From Lama guanicoe (Eukaryota), in NCBI GenBank assembly GCA_013239625.1, contig MU053504.1, positions 186,001 to 250,000 of the forward strand: a stretch of 64,000 bases of DNA, read 5' to 3'. The position numbers and the translations under genes were made by a program. The notes under the pieces were generated by a model that was given only the letters and a program-made list of their open reading frames with translations, did not search any database and was not told where the DNA came from. Shown here piece by piece: positions 10,567 to 23,894 of the stretch (positions within the stretch are counted from its first letter, which is position 1; every line of letters begins with the position of its first letter).

Positions 10567-13384
10567 TGATTTATGTTTTTAAAAGATCTGCCTGTCCTGG
10601 GTGAAGGATGGATGTGGGGAGAGGGGGCAGGAGTCTCCCAGGGTCTGAAGCAGTGTCCAGAGATTGGCCAGGTAAGTCCATTTTGTGGCCATCCCCAGGG
10701 TGAGGAGTCTGAGGGTGTGCTGAGAATGGGCCTGGGGCTTTCAATGTCTGGACCTGTGGGTAGGGCCCCAGCAAGACAGAAAGGGAGGCAGGGCTCCTGC
10801 AGTGCGAGGCTCATTTGCATATAGAGTGGAGAGGTCAAGTTGAAAGCTGAAAAGGGCTACACCAGGTCCTTGGATGGAGGATCTCGGGTGTTAAGTTTCC
10901 ACAGAGATTCTGTCTCTGGGGCCACGACCTTCCAGTTCAAGAGCGCTCTACTTCCCCCCGCTGGGTCTGGCCTGGCCGTGCCATCTGCGGTGGGGATGCT
11001 GGAAGGACAAAAGCTCCTCACTCCTGGAACCCTCTTCCTCTGCAAAATCCCATCTGTCAGGCCCATCCTCTGACCTTCGAGGCTCAGTCACCACAGGCTG
11101 TAGAGTGGGGGAAGGGAGAGCCCCCAACCCTGAGGGAGACCCAAGCCTCCCCTCCCAGCCTCTGCCATCTGTCCTGGCACCGGCGTCCTCCTGCCTCTGC
11201 CACCTGCTCAGTGTGATCAAGACCAGCCACCTCCCGTTTCTGGGCCTTGGTTTCCCCATGCGCCACATGCAGATCTGGTATTGGGTGCAGTATCATTTGT
11301 CACAGGCCAGGAGCTCAGATAATATTTGCTGAATGAGTGAACACATCTTGAGACAAGACAAGAGGAGGTCAAGGAGGGAGGTCTGTAGGGACAGCTGCCG
11401 TGTGCCCAAATCCTCTCTCTGAACCAATGGCCACCATTTCCTAATTGTCATGACTGAAACCTGAGGCTCAGAAAGATGGAGAGGCAGGGAAATGCTCAGC
11501 CCCAGCTCAGTGGTAACAGCCCCTCCTGGAGAGCCCCGTTTTTGTACTTGTCGAGCCCTTTCTCAGGTGCCATATCTTGGGAGCCATCAGAACCCCCATT
11601 TACCTAATGAAAGCCTAAAGCCTACAAGGTCAGGAGACTGGCCCAGGGGGTGGGGCAGTGCAGGGGTCCCAGGTTTCCTCTGTCCGTGCAGGTGCTGTCC
11701 TCACTCTCAGCGCTTGCTGGGGCGAGAGGTTGAACGCAACACTCTGAGCCTTCCTTCTACCTCCAACCACAATAGAAAGAGGGCAAGACTGATCCGGCCA
11801 CAGATGGGGCTTTGTTCTCATAGTGCTGCCCAGGATTCAAACCAGAAACTTTTTAGGGAACCAGGTGGGACTTTCACTCTGACCTATAACAATAATTATA
11901 ATAGTAGTAATGATAGTAATGATAATGTTTGTGGATCACATGTGACAAGCCCTGTGCAAAATGCTTGGTGCCCATTATCTCATTTGATTCTCATAGCATC
12001 CCTGTGGATCATTGTCATCATTCTCAGTTTGTCTTGGAGGAGATGTAGCTCAGAGAGGTGCAGCCACTTTCCCAGGGTCATACAGCTAGAGGTGTGGAAC
12101 CAGCGTTTGAACGCATGTCCATCAAGGGCTCCCGACCTGCAAAGTCACCCCTCTGGAAAGCCCTTGGGAGGAAGAGGGAAGATGGAGGATGCATGGGAGG
12201 CAATCTCCAGGCTCTTTCTCAGCTTTGTTCTCAAATGTTAGTTGAGTATCTGCTGTGTGCACTGGGCTAGGCCCTGGGCGGGGGGTTGGTGGGAGAGGAG
12301 CAGGCCAGGCCCTCCTACTCCTAATGTGCTCACCGTTGCTTGCGCGGACCTGTAAAGGGACATACAACACACTCTGATACATCGGGAGAAACCCAGGAGA
12401 TTGCGGGAACTCGGAAAGTGTCCCCCAGCTCAGCCGGGGAGGGGGACAGGAAAGACTCAGGAAGTGACCTCTACAGGACACGGTGGTGGGGCCCAGGAGG
12501 ACAAAGTGCAGGAAGAGTGTGCAGGCAGTGGGCACAATGAGGGGAGCATCAGGGTGGTGGGTGGGCACAGCTCCAAGCTGCTGGATGTTGCTGGGATGGG
12601 CTGCACAGGGCGGGTAGTGGGGAAGTGGAGGCTGTGAGGGCTGGGCTCTCGGGGTCCTCCTCCCGAGCTGAGCCCTTCCCTGCTGGGTCTCCTGGCTGCA
12701 CACTTCTCCCTGGGAATCCAGGGGGACTGGGGCCCCATGATCTCGGGGCATCAACAACTATATCTTGGCATTTGTGGTTGCTCTGATCTTGCCTGGTTTA
12801 GAATCAAATCCTTTCTAAGGACAGAAGCCCAGAATCTTGCTTGGATCGGGTACTCAGGGCACCTTTCTGAGCCCACTGAATGCGTTACTACCTCCATCGT
12901 ACAGATGGAGAAATTGAGGCTCAGAGATAGGAAGGATCCAGTCCAGGGCTACACAGACTGGCAACGAGGGGCAGGGGAGTGGTGGCTCACGGTGTGACTG
13001 AGCCAGCAGGGTATGTCGTCACCTGGAATACGCCTATAGGAAACTGGACCTGATTCTTCGGCAGATAGAACCTGGCCCTCGGGGGGCACTGAGCAGTTTG
13101 AGAGGCATGTGCCGCGGGGAACTGGAGACCAGGACAGTTCCTGGGTCTGGGAATCTGGTCCTGGGGGTACTTTCAGGAGGGCACTGATAGAGGAGGAAGT
13201 GTCCCTCATCACATCCTGGAGACTCACCCTCTGTAGACAGTGATTTCACTGTTTCTGTTTGATAAGTGTGAGAACATAGGGCTTCAGGATTGAATACATT
13301 TGGGAAACAGTGCAGAAAGCACAGAAAAAGGAGTTTCAGCTCCAGGACTTCTGAGAGCGCTTACTATGGTTAAGTGCATCGCCA

Positions 13385-13850
13385 GTCTCTAACTGCAGGG
13401 TAAGTGGGCAAAAGAAGTGTGGACCCTGCCTTCTGGGAGCTCACAGTCGGTGGAGGTGACAGGCAAGACACAAACACAGGAACACACCGAATGTCAGGAG
13501 GTTGGAGTGCTGTGAAGAGGGATGTGAATGATGGGGGAGGATGACGGGGTTCCCTGGGAGGATGACATTTGGGCAGAGACCAGAATGAAGTGAGGGAGGA
13601 TGTGAGGGGGAAGATGTGCTTGTGGGGAAGAGAGGCCCAGTCAGAGGGAACCACATGTGCAAAGGCCCTAAGGCTTGAGGGTGCTTGGTATATTTGAGAA
13701 GCAACAGGATGGGCAGTGGTTGGAGTGAGGTGGGCTGAGGGGGAAGGTGATAGGCGGTGGGGCTACCAGGGATCAACTTCCAAAGGCCACAGTATTCAGT
13801 GGTGGCTGGGGAGCCCTTGGAGGGTTTGGGCAGAGAGTGACACCAGGGGA
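13385..13850 (-). mobile_element. LINE L2 fragment
   Basis: CCCTGCCTTCTGGGAGCTCACAGTC, GAGGATGACATTTGGGCAGAGAC and GGGAACCACATGTGCAAAGGCCCT motifs. Confidence 0.65.
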
Positions 13851-14164
13851 CACGCTGCCTCATAAACTGGCATTGTCAAACAACCTCATAAGAACAGTAG
13901 CAGAAACAATAGCCGCAGGTTGTGGAGGGTCAGTCAGGGTACTGTGTCACTCACAAGCCTGGCAGGTGGGTGTGGTTAACTCCTGTTTCACAGGTGAGGA
14001 AACTGAGGCTTAGAAAGATGTGTTTGCATCTGTATAGTAGGTGCTCAAAAATATTTCTAGAATAAATAAATGAACTGAGAGAGACAGTATTTTAAAAATC
14101 TTTCCATATCACTTAATATTTCTCAAAAACATAGTTAACTTTTTTTAAATGCACATCCCCCCCA

Positions 14165-14330
14165 ATTTTGTTTCTTTTTTTTTCCTTTAATTTGTTATTT
14201 TTTAAAGCTTTTTTTTGGTGGGGGGAGGTAATTAGGTTTGTTTGTTTGTTTATAATGAAGGTACTGGGGATTGAACTCATGACCTCCTGCATGCTAAGCA
14301 CGTACTGTACCACTGAACTATACCCTCCCT
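14165..14330 (-). mobile_element. tRNA-Ala-derived camelid SINE, long-tail form
   Basis: GGGGAGGTAATTAGGTTTG tail segment plus GGGGATTGAACTCATGACCTCCTGCATGCTAAGC...CCACTGAACTATACCCTCCC. Confidence 0.85.
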
Positions 14331-17279
14331 TGCAAAAAACATCATTCTTAATGGCTGTATAGTATTCTGTTTCAGTTCTGTTCACCATGCTATTGCCCTG
14401 TAGCCAGGAAATTAGATCATGGTTGGTTTTTTTTCTTTTGCAATACTGTAGTAAATATTCTTGTTGTTAAATCTCTCATAGAATATCCTTATTTAATTTT
14501 TAAAATAGACAATACACTTATGTGTTACAAAATCCAAAAAGTTAAAAAAAATATTTTTTAAAAAGCTTTTCTCCTTCCCCCAGTTAGCCCAGTATCCACC
14601 ACTGGGACCAGTTTCTGCTGGGTCCTTCAGATGCAAGCAAATATGTACAGAGAGAACATTCTTTGAATTAAATGAAACAAAACAAAAGACAGCCATGGGG
14701 TGCACAGAAGCTAGGAAGCTGAAATCTGAGGCTGATTTCATCTCAGTTTTGAGCTGAGTGGAGAAAACATCACCAAGGTCAGGGTGCAGGAGGCGGCAGT
14801 GAAGCAGCCACAGGCCTGTTTACAAGGTGAGGTATTATTGTTGCTCATGTGCCAGGTTAGGATAAGGTGTAAGGATCCTCTAGCTCCCTGTAATCTGGTC
14901 ACACTAATGACAGCTTGGCCACCTTCTTTTTCTTGAGGGCTCTCCCTCTCCACCCCACACAATGGGGAAGGGGAAGGACAGAGATGTTTTCCATTACTCT
15001 AAATGGGCATCAAGTGCTTAATAAATCCTCGAAAATTGGGGTTATCACCAGTAGGCTGTTGGCACATAAAGATGCTCAGCATTCTGGAATCTGAGTGTGC
15101 CCAAATGATCTCTCTTCATGTGGACTAATTTGGAATTCAGGGGAAATTCCTTCTGCCCTCTGTTTGTCTCACTTTCTTAATCTGGGGATGAGGCTCAGGG
15201 TTTTGGTGTTGTCTTGTTTGTTTTAAGCTCCAGGGCATGGGGAGCAGAAGCAAGCTTTGAATATGCAGTGATCAGCAGGGCATTTATCCAGACATCTCAA
15301 ATATCTCCCAACCCCTGATTAAAGCTGTACATTTCAGAGAATCCAGCCACGACACCATTGTTGTCATTCCCGTTTTAATGACAGGGAAGCCAAGATCTGG
15401 GAGGCCCCCTAGCAATGTGTTCACATGGTCATATGCTTTTGTAACATTTGCCAAAGTAAGGTATTTTAACTTCACTCTGTTAAAACCGCCATCTCCTTCC
15501 ATTCCGACTTCCTCTGTGTCAGATGATGTTGGTGCGAGTGGAAGCGTTTTGGGGATCTGGCTAAGAGGATCTTGACGTTTAGCTGACGTTTAGAGGTTTT
15601 ATTTACATTGTTTCCAGTCACTTTTGTGAATAGTTAAATTATTACTAACTTCCCTAGTATAGGGATGGCTTCCAGAAATACCCCTACCTAACACACTGAG
15701 CTGATTCACCTAGCACTATGACACAAAAGTGCAGAGTTGGAGGTCAAATACTGATGTGTATGAATGATCCTACAGTGCCCAGTACCACCAGTACGTGGTA
15801 GTAGAGGAGAAGTCTGAAATGTATACATGGAGCCAGAAGCTTGTTTATGGAAAGTATTATGGAGGTATATCAAACAGGTGATTCACAAGAATAGTGTTAT
15901 TTTTCTGGACTTCGTGACATTTGTGGAATTTGTCATTTGTTAAGGTTTCTTTTACCTTTCTCACCAAATAATCATTTTATTACCTACTTTTATATCTATA
16001 ATTCTGTAGTCCTTTTCTTAAATAAGACTTGTTTAAGCCTCAGGAAGTACAAAGTCTGGATCTGCTCCTACTTGGTTTTCTTTGTGTCTTTTAGGCTCAC
16101 AGGATCATCCCCCTTACCTTCCTCCCTGCTACTGTCGAACAGGTCTTGTGCAGTTTCACGAGAATGTAACAGAATGGTTGAGAGGCCTCCTGCTGGATCC
16201 AGGCAAACCTTAGGTTTCTCATGTATAAAATAGGAATCATAATAGAATCTCTCTTCTTCAGACAGTAATGAAATCAAATGAGACAATGTGGGTAAAGCCT
16301 TGAGCACAACCTCTCAAGGGCACAGTTATTGCCAGGTTTGATATTCAGCTGGTTCTCACAGACTCCCTGTTGATAATGGTACCTGCTCTGATATGGTTGG
16401 TTGGCACCCATGCCACAACATGCAATCATTGTTAGCTATTGGTGTGTTATTAGTCTCCCTCCCCTACCTGCCTGAGGCATGTACACAGTCAGTAGTCGAT
16501 CACTGACAATCCAATCGAAAAAATGAAAAACACCAGCTGGAATAGAAAACAGATGCTGACTCCAAACTGAGCAATGCCCTAGACCCAAACTGTGACTCAC
16601 AGCTAAAAAATTTCCTCTTCTGGAAGGGCTGTTAGAGTTAATTTTTCCAATCCTCATTTTAAAAATGTGTTTTTTTTCTTGACTTGTTTAACTGTTGGAA
16701 ATTTGGAAACTTCATACAAGCAGAAAGAAAAAATTAACTGCTGTTATTATAAATGATTATACATAAACATACATATGATATTACCATTGTATTTTAGTAC
16801 TACTTATGTTGTACATCGTGCTTTGAAACATACTTTAAAAACTTAATACTTTTTTAGTGTTTCTCCCACTTTAAATGTATTTTAACCATATCATTTTTAA
16901 CGACTGCATAATATTCCTCATCAGAAAGTCAGGCTAATTAAAGGTATCTATCTCAGAGGGTTATACTACGAGTACTGACAAGAGTTATGTCATGCAAAGC
17001 TACCTGGTATGTAAAATCTTAGTAAGCTTGGTTTTTCCGAAGGATGGGTTTATGCGACCAATCTCCCTTCACTGAGAACTGAAGTTAGTTCCATTACTTT
17101 GCTATGATAAATAAAGCTGGGCTATATTAATCTTTGCTTATATCACTGGTTATTTCCTTAGTAAATTTCAGGTCTGCTGGGTATGCATGTCTTAAAACGA
17201 ACCCACGCATCATTGCACAGTTAGTGGAAGAGAGAGGGAAAGGGACTTGCTCCGGCTCACATAGCAAGTTAGCTGCAAA

Positions 17280-17900
17280 GTCGGGACTCAGGAATCCGTT
17301 GGGGACCGGAGAAAGTTCCTGCTGAGCAAGGGAAAGAACTTGGCGCCTGAGCTAAAGCCGCGGCCAACCTGAGACCAACCGGGAGGAGAGGGGCGGGGAG
17401 GGACTGCCCAGAAGCCGCGCTCACCCCCTGGGCCGAAGCTTAGCCGTCGCCTGGCAACGCAGGCGGCGCGGCGTTCGAACGGAAGCAAGAAACCAATCAG
17501 GATGTCCGGGGCAAACCATTCCGGTGTCGGGGGGGGTGGCTGTGGAGGAGCTCAGCACGCTCACTTCCCCTTCCCCTGAGCACCGGGGTTCTTCGCTCCG
17601 GTGCGGGCCTTGGGACAGTCAGGTCCTCCAGCTCATCTCGGGTGCCGAGGGCAGCTCTGAGGAGGCCCCCGCCGGTCCTCACGCGGGGCAGGGGCCTCCT
17701 GAGCCGCTTTGGGCGCGGCCATTCTCCGCCTGGGTCCGAGCTGTCAGCCTTCGCAAGACCCGCACTGGAGGAGCCGGACTCTCCTGGCGCGGGCTCCAGG
17801 TGAGGGCACTGGTGGTCTGGGGCGCGAACCTGGGTCTCGAGGGGCTCCATTCGCCCAGCGTCTGCTATGCGCGTCCTCTCAAGTAGTACCTGCGGAGAGG
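17280..17900 (+). promoter_or_regulatory. FAM110A: FAM110A distal CpG-island promoter and non-coding exon 1a (ends 17799)
   Basis: CpG-dense. GC box 17390-17398, RFX X-box GTCGCCTGGCAAC 17446-17458, ETS CGGAAG 17480-17485, NF-Y AACCAATCAG 17491-17500, donor CAG|GTGAGG with GT at 17800. Confidence 0.75.
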
Positions 17901-18934
17901 TGGTGGTACCCCATTTCACAGATGAGAACGCTGAGGCTGAGAAGCAAGAGTTCTAGTCAAGCGAAGTCTGGCATAGAGACCAATTCAGGTCTTGATACAC
18001 CATTGCGAAGTCTCAAGTCTAGGTAGATCTAGACTTGCAGTGAGAGGCCCAGATGGGGAACTGGTGATCACTTTCTTGGCCTCTTATCCGCAAGAACATG
18101 ACCAGTAGAGCCTTGGCTGGATCTCCTCTCGGATGCCCCTCCCCCGCATCTTCCTTGGGGTCCCCTCCTGGGCATCTGTCCTTAGTTCTTCAGAAAGCCA
18201 GGGGTGGGGTGTACTTGGGGCTCACTTTGGATCTTTCTGCCTATGGAACTCGAATTGCACCGCTGTCCTTCTCAGAGGGACTCTGGGGGATCCAGCGAGA
18301 CTGATATTTCTGGTCTAGGTGCCAGGTGGGCAGCGGATACTCTGGCCCTTGGAGTCACTGTTGGAATCTTGGGTGTCTACCCCAGGTTGAGGGAAAGGAT
18401 AGAGACAGCCCTTCAACTGAAGACACTAGTCACCAGAGACTTTGGAGTTGGGGGTGGGCCCCAGACCCCTGTCCATAGAGCATCTAATCTACACCAGGCC
18501 CTGCTTTCTGGGGAGCCCTCCACTTGGAAGTTGCTATTGTTGGTTTTCTTTTGTAGGTGGGGGAAACTGAGGTTCTAAGAAGTTAAGCCCCTTGCTCAAA
18601 GTACATGGTTAGACTTAGCAACTCTGGGGCTGGCTCCCAGCCTATCTGGCTTCAGTCTTAGAATCCTAGACACTCAGAATCATAGCATCTGGGAGTCTTG
18701 AATCTCTTCAAGGGGGGTTACTTATCCTCCCTCCTCCAACTCCACCTCCTGTTTTGGGGAGAAGAGCTCTGGGAGCTCAGAAAGAAAACAAATCATTCAT
18801 TCATTCTTTCAACAAATATTTACTGACTTCATATGCCTCACCCTCTGCCTCATCTGTTTTGTTTTTCTCAATTGCATTTACCCCATCTGATGTCCTATAA
18901 TTTCACTTATTATCTTCTCTGGTTGGAATGTGAT

Positions 18935-19010
18935 GGCTAGGGTGAGGCAAGTGAGATAGTTCCGCCTTCAGCATGAAATTGAGGGGTGCCTCAAACCCCA
19001 GTAATCAGAA
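18935..19010 (+). mobile_element. hAT-Tip100 DNA transposon fragment (MER91-like)
   Basis: CTAGGGTGAGGCAAGTGAG...AAATTGAGGGGTGCC...CAGTAATCA resembles the recalled MER91 consensus. Confidence 0.55.
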
Positions 19011-20659
19011 TGACTAAAGCTAACATTTATTGATCATTTTCCATGTGTTCTGCTGGTGGGATCAACTGGTATGGCCCCCATGGAGCACGGTCCCCCATCT
19101 CTGTCACAGTTACAAGTACATCCCTCTGACCTAGCTGTCCCACTTCTAGGTGGAATGATGTAGGTGCATTGGGGGCTGCAGTGTGGTTTGTAACAGAGAA
19201 AGACTAGACACACACCTTCAGTGGCCATCGGTGGCAGCTGATGGGCTCCTTATGTACTGGCGTGGCACAACATATATTATTAATTACAGGAATAACATAT
19301 TAATATATTAATAACACATATTTTTAAGAACAACATATATTATTGAATAAAAGAGCAAGATGAAGACAGTGCCCAGAGCATGTTGCCATATGTGTAAAAA
19401 ATAGAATAGATGTCCATGATTGCTTGTATATGCCTAAAATCTCCCTGGAAGTACATTCAACTCTCTGGTCACAGTGATGCCTGCAAGGAGGGGAACTGGA
19501 TGGCTGGGGATGGGAGTAGGAGGGAGGTGGTTTTGTTTTTGTTTTTGTTTCTGTTTTTTAATTTTTAACTTCATTCCCTTTATAGCTTTTGAATTTTGAG
19601 CCACGTACATATATCACCCGGTTGAAAAAAAATATATGTGTATTATAGATTATTTATCTAATTATGAGACTTCTGGCCCATCTGTGATCTGCAATTAACT
19701 TGTTTGTGATTTTGGCAAGTTTCTTCACTTCTCTGGGAGGAGAAATGATGGTGAGCTCAGGCCTAGGCAGAAGGCAATCAGGACAGGAAGTGGGCCTGGT
19801 TGTAGGTCTGTCCCAGTCCCACCTTCCCCATCCTGTGTGCCAGGCCCTTCCCTAAAGCTTTGCATGTGGTATCTCTCTTATTCCCTCTCCACTGCAAGTC
19901 CCTTTGTCCTCATTTTGCAAGCTCAGGTGCAAACAGAGGCCCAGAGGACTCAGTTGGTAGAGGTGTGTAGTCCGTGGGCCGAATAGGAGATTGATGCCTT
20001 AGGTGGCTGCACCCACTCCCCTCCCACAGCCTATTTACTGCTCCCTTCCTGAGGTTTGTGCCAGGTTGCCCTGGGCAAGGCTTACTCTAGGCAGGCCAGG
20101 GCCTGAGCATCTGGGAAGAGTCCAGAAATAGTGTAGGGCCTGACGTGGCCCTGGAGGATGCCCAGTTGGGTGTCTCTGACCCAGACAGCTGGGCTGAAAT
20201 TGAGCTGGGCTGTCCTACTGGCTGGCCAGTCTCTGCTGCCTGGAGCCATCCTGATCCCCCTCTGGGGCAGGAGGGGCCTCCCTGCCTCCACCCAAGTCTG
20301 GGCCAGGCTTCAGTGGAAGAGATAGAGAGAAGCAGGTGGAAAGGAATGGGTGAGGCCGGAGTGCCAAATGTCAGGAACATTATAAATATCAGAAACCACA
20401 CCTCCCGCCCCCTCAGCAAAGAATAAAAATCACTAACACCTCTTGAGCACTTACTGTGTGCTAAGTACTTTACAAGTATGAGCTCTAATTCCCTCTGTTC
20501 TTTGATGTAAGGTAGTTACTGCTGTTATTATTTCCATCTTATGAAGGGAAACTGAGCATATGAGATGTTTAGTAAATTACACATAGTCTCCCAGAGCTGG
20601 AATTTGAATCCAAGGAGTCTGGCTTCAGACTCTACACCTTCTCTTCTCTTTTCTTCTTC

Positions 20660-20894
20660 TTATTTTGGTAAAATATATATAAAACACAATTTATCATTTT
20701 TAAGCAGCATTTAGAACATTTACATTGTTGTACAACCATCCTCACCATCTACCTCTAGAACATTTTCATTTTCCCAAATGGAAACTCCCTGTCTATTAAC
20801 CAGTAATTCCCCATTCTCTTCCCCCTCCTGCCCCTGGCAACCACCATTCTACTTTCTGTCTCTATGAATTTGGTGACTCTAAGTACTTCATGTA
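20660..20894 (-). mobile_element. L1M 3' UTR fragment running into a gap
   Basis: CCCCTGGCAACCACCATTCTACTTTCTGTCTCTATGAATTTG, a classic L1MB-type 3' UTR motif. Confidence 0.8.
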
Positions 20895-21214
20895 NNNNNN
20901 NNNNNNNNNNNNNNNNNNNNNNNNNNNNNNNNNNNNNNNNNNNNNNNNNNNNNNNNNNNNNNNNNNNNNNNNNNNNNNNNNNNNNNNNNNNNNNNNNNNN
21001 NNNNNNNNNNNNNNNNNNNNNNNNNNNNNNNATAGANNNNNNNNNNNNNNNNNNNNNNNNNNNNNNNNNNNNNNNNNNNNNNNNNNNNNNNNNNNNNNNN
21101 NNNNNNNNNNNNNNNNNNNNNNNNNNNNNNNNNNNNNNNNNNNNNNNNNNNNNNNNNNNNNNNNNNNNNNNNNNNNNNNNNNNNNNNNNNNNNNNNNNNN
21201 NNNNNNNNNNNNNN
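20895..21214. other. Assembly gap with a 5-bp island (ATAGA, 21032-21036)
   Basis: N runs at 20895-21031 and 21037-21214. Confidence 0.99.
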
Positions 21215-22429
21215 TTTTTTTGCCTAACCACTGGTGACCTCAGGCAGGTGGCCCCGCCTCTCTATGCCTCAGTTTTCTCCACTGTAACATGGGCATAATA
21301 GTAGTACCTACCTTACAGGGCAGGTGTGATGATTAAAAGAGTTGACATATATAAAGAGCTTAGAACAGTTACCAGGTGCGAAGAAAGCACTTGGAAAAGT
21401 ACTTACCTATTTTATGAAAACTGGTATTGCTTTGCTTTCACTACTATTTTACTACTGTGGGTGACTGACCACTGCTCACCTCCTCACCCTTCCCCACTGT
21501 TGCCTTAGTAGAGGGCCTGGCACGGTCCCAGCAGGCTGCTGTGGAGAATCATGGTCTTGTCACCTCCCTCAACCCCTAAAATTGGGCCCCAGGGGTTGGA
21601 GGAGGCCTCAGGGCTGACTCACTCCCACGCGGAAGGAGAGCTGTTCCCTGAATCACTTCCTGTCCCCTCGTGCCCTCCATCCCAATCCTGGCACAACCCC
21701 CCGACCAGGCACAGACATGGAACTGGGCCCTCTTTAGCCTCCCCAGGGCTCAGGTCTGAGGCTGGTGGGTACATCCTTCCCTGGGCCTCAGGGTCCCCGT
21801 GGTAACTGGCTTAATCAAATATGCCACCTGAAGTGACATAATGGGGCAGGGGCTGGCAGAGGAGACAATCACCTCCCTCCCAGGGATGCCTTCCTGTGGG
21901 GCTACATTCCCCTCATCTGTAAAATGAGGATTAAATAGTTCCTTCCTCCCAGGGGAGTCCAGAGATTTAAATAAGCACAGTGCCTAGCACTCATAAATTC
22001 TAGTTATTATTATTACTGTTATTGCTGTTGTTACTAATGTTTACAGCTTGGACAAAGCTTCTACAGGCACTCTCACACCCTAAAAGCTCCCACTGACCTG
22101 GCCTGGAAGGTGGGACTCTCCTTTCTTGACAGAATGGAGGGCCAGAGAGGTCCAGCAACCTGCGGGGGTTCACATAGCTAGAAAGGGATGGCATTAAGGC
22201 TTGGTCTGGAGGGAAAGTGTCCAGGTTGGACTCTTCAGGGTGACTTTGGGCAACTGACTCAGCCCGTCAAATGGGGATAATAATAGAGCGCATCTCATAG
22301 AGGTTGTTGGGAAGATTAAAATGGGTTAATTGATATCAGGAAAAGCACTATCTTATGCCTGCCACAGTGAACATTAATTGTCGTGACTGTGGGGGAGGCA
22401 GGGCTCAGCTTTCCCATCTCTAAGACGGG

Positions 22430-23100
22430 TGCACTTACGCGAGTGGGCCTCAAGGACTCTGCGCGCTAGATGTGCCGATGGGCCTGGGCAGCTGTGGGAT
22501 GGGCGGGCCCGGCTCGCGGAAGAGCTTCCTGTGATAGACCAAGGGCGGCTGGGACCCGATCCCCGCACCGAGTCGGCTGCCAGCCCTCCTGGGCTCCGGT
22601 TCCGGCCGCTGCCTGGCTTTCGCTCTCCCTTTTCGAGTAATACCTGGGCGGACGGGGTTCACCTGCCCGCGGCCAGCCGCCGGAAGTTGCGCAAACGCGT
22701 GCTACCTGAGCCCCAGGTGGGCCGGGCAGGAGCAGCGCAGAGCGGCAGCACCGGGCAGCCAGGTACGTGTGCGGGCTGGGGCCTGGGGTGCCTGGCCGGG
22801 GTGGGGGGCTGCCGAGGCACCTCTCCCTCCTTGGGAAGGCGGGGACCGGTCAGGGACTCAACTTCAGCCTGGACGAGGCTGTAGAAATTCTGCCGTCAGC
22901 CAGCCCCCTCTTTTAAGAAGATCCAAGACAACTGGGGCTCAGAGAGGGCCGGCGAGCAGACAGAGTTACACAGCACGCCGCCAGGCTCGCGGCCTCCTCC
23001 GTCGCTGGGAGTCAACAAGATTGCCCCCAGTTGGGGAAGGGCAGAAAAGCCAGACCCGGTATCCGGGCTCCCCATACTTCCCCTCCGCAGCCTCCTGAGG
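22430..23100 (+). promoter_or_regulatory. FAM110A: Second CpG island with putative alternative FAM110A first exon 1b (ends 22762)
   Basis: CpG-dense. ETS CCGGAAGT 22680-22687 overlaps TTGCGCAA 22687-22694; donor CAG|GTACGT with GT at 22763. Confidence 0.65.
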
Positions 23101-23773
23101 CTGATGTCAGAGAAGCCGGTGGGGAGGGAGCTAGCTGGGGCTTCTTTCCCAGGGGATGCCAATGAGAAGAGCTGGGGCGGCATATTTGGGGTCATTTGTG
23201 GGAAGCGTTTGAAATCCGTGGGTGGGGCGTTGGGCGATAAGAGGAAGCCTCAGAGAGGGTACGAGTCCCACCTGGGAACGGGGATCCTGGCTTCAACTCG
23301 CAGGAGGTGCAGCACTTTGTGGTTTGCCCACCTGTGAAATGGGTCTTGTTCACTGGTTAGCCTCCTTTGTCCGCAGCTTCGGCTCAGACAGATCCTTCTG
23401 GACAGTGCTTAGAGGCTCCTGCGAGAGGGGCGGACGTAGGAGCTGGGTCAAAGCCCTAAATTAAACAAGGAGCCTGGTTCATGCAGCGCCGCCTTTTTGC
23501 CAGGTGCTGAGGAGAGCCCTCGACCTGTTTTATCTTTCCATCCTCACAGTGACCTGGAGGATCAGGAAGGTCTATTTTTAACAGCATTTCACAGATAAGG
23601 AAACTAAGTCAGGAAGAGGCGCAGCTGCTTACGCAAGGCGCACAGCGGGCGAGTGGGCGAGCTCTGGGCGAGCCGGCCAGCGGCCCCAAAACCGGGCTAG
23701 GCTCCTCGCGTCAGTCCTGGACCCGACGCCGAAAGAGCCCCTGGGGCCAGCAGGTCTGGCCGAAGAGGGTGGG

Positions 23774-23894
23774 NNNNNNNNNNNNNNNNNNNNNNNNNNN
23801 NNNNNNNNNNNNNNNNNNNNNNNNNNNNNNNNNNNNNNNNNNNNNNNNNNNNNNNNNNNNNNNNNNNNNNNNNNNNNNNNNNNNNNNNNNNNNN
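23774..23894. other. Assembly gap inside a CpG/G-rich patch
   Basis: 121 N flanked by GGGTGGG and GGGGTGGGGGTAGGGGG. Confidence 0.99.

Noticed and set aside
11492-12241. 249-aa plus-strand ORF (and 211-aa minus ORF 12122-12757)
   Set aside because: Runs through an (AAT)-like tract and a MIR; no domain or splice structure; the minus ORF is GC-rich chance sequence.
20755-21298. ORFs with long X runs
   Set aside because: Artefacts of translating N gaps inside an L1 fragment.
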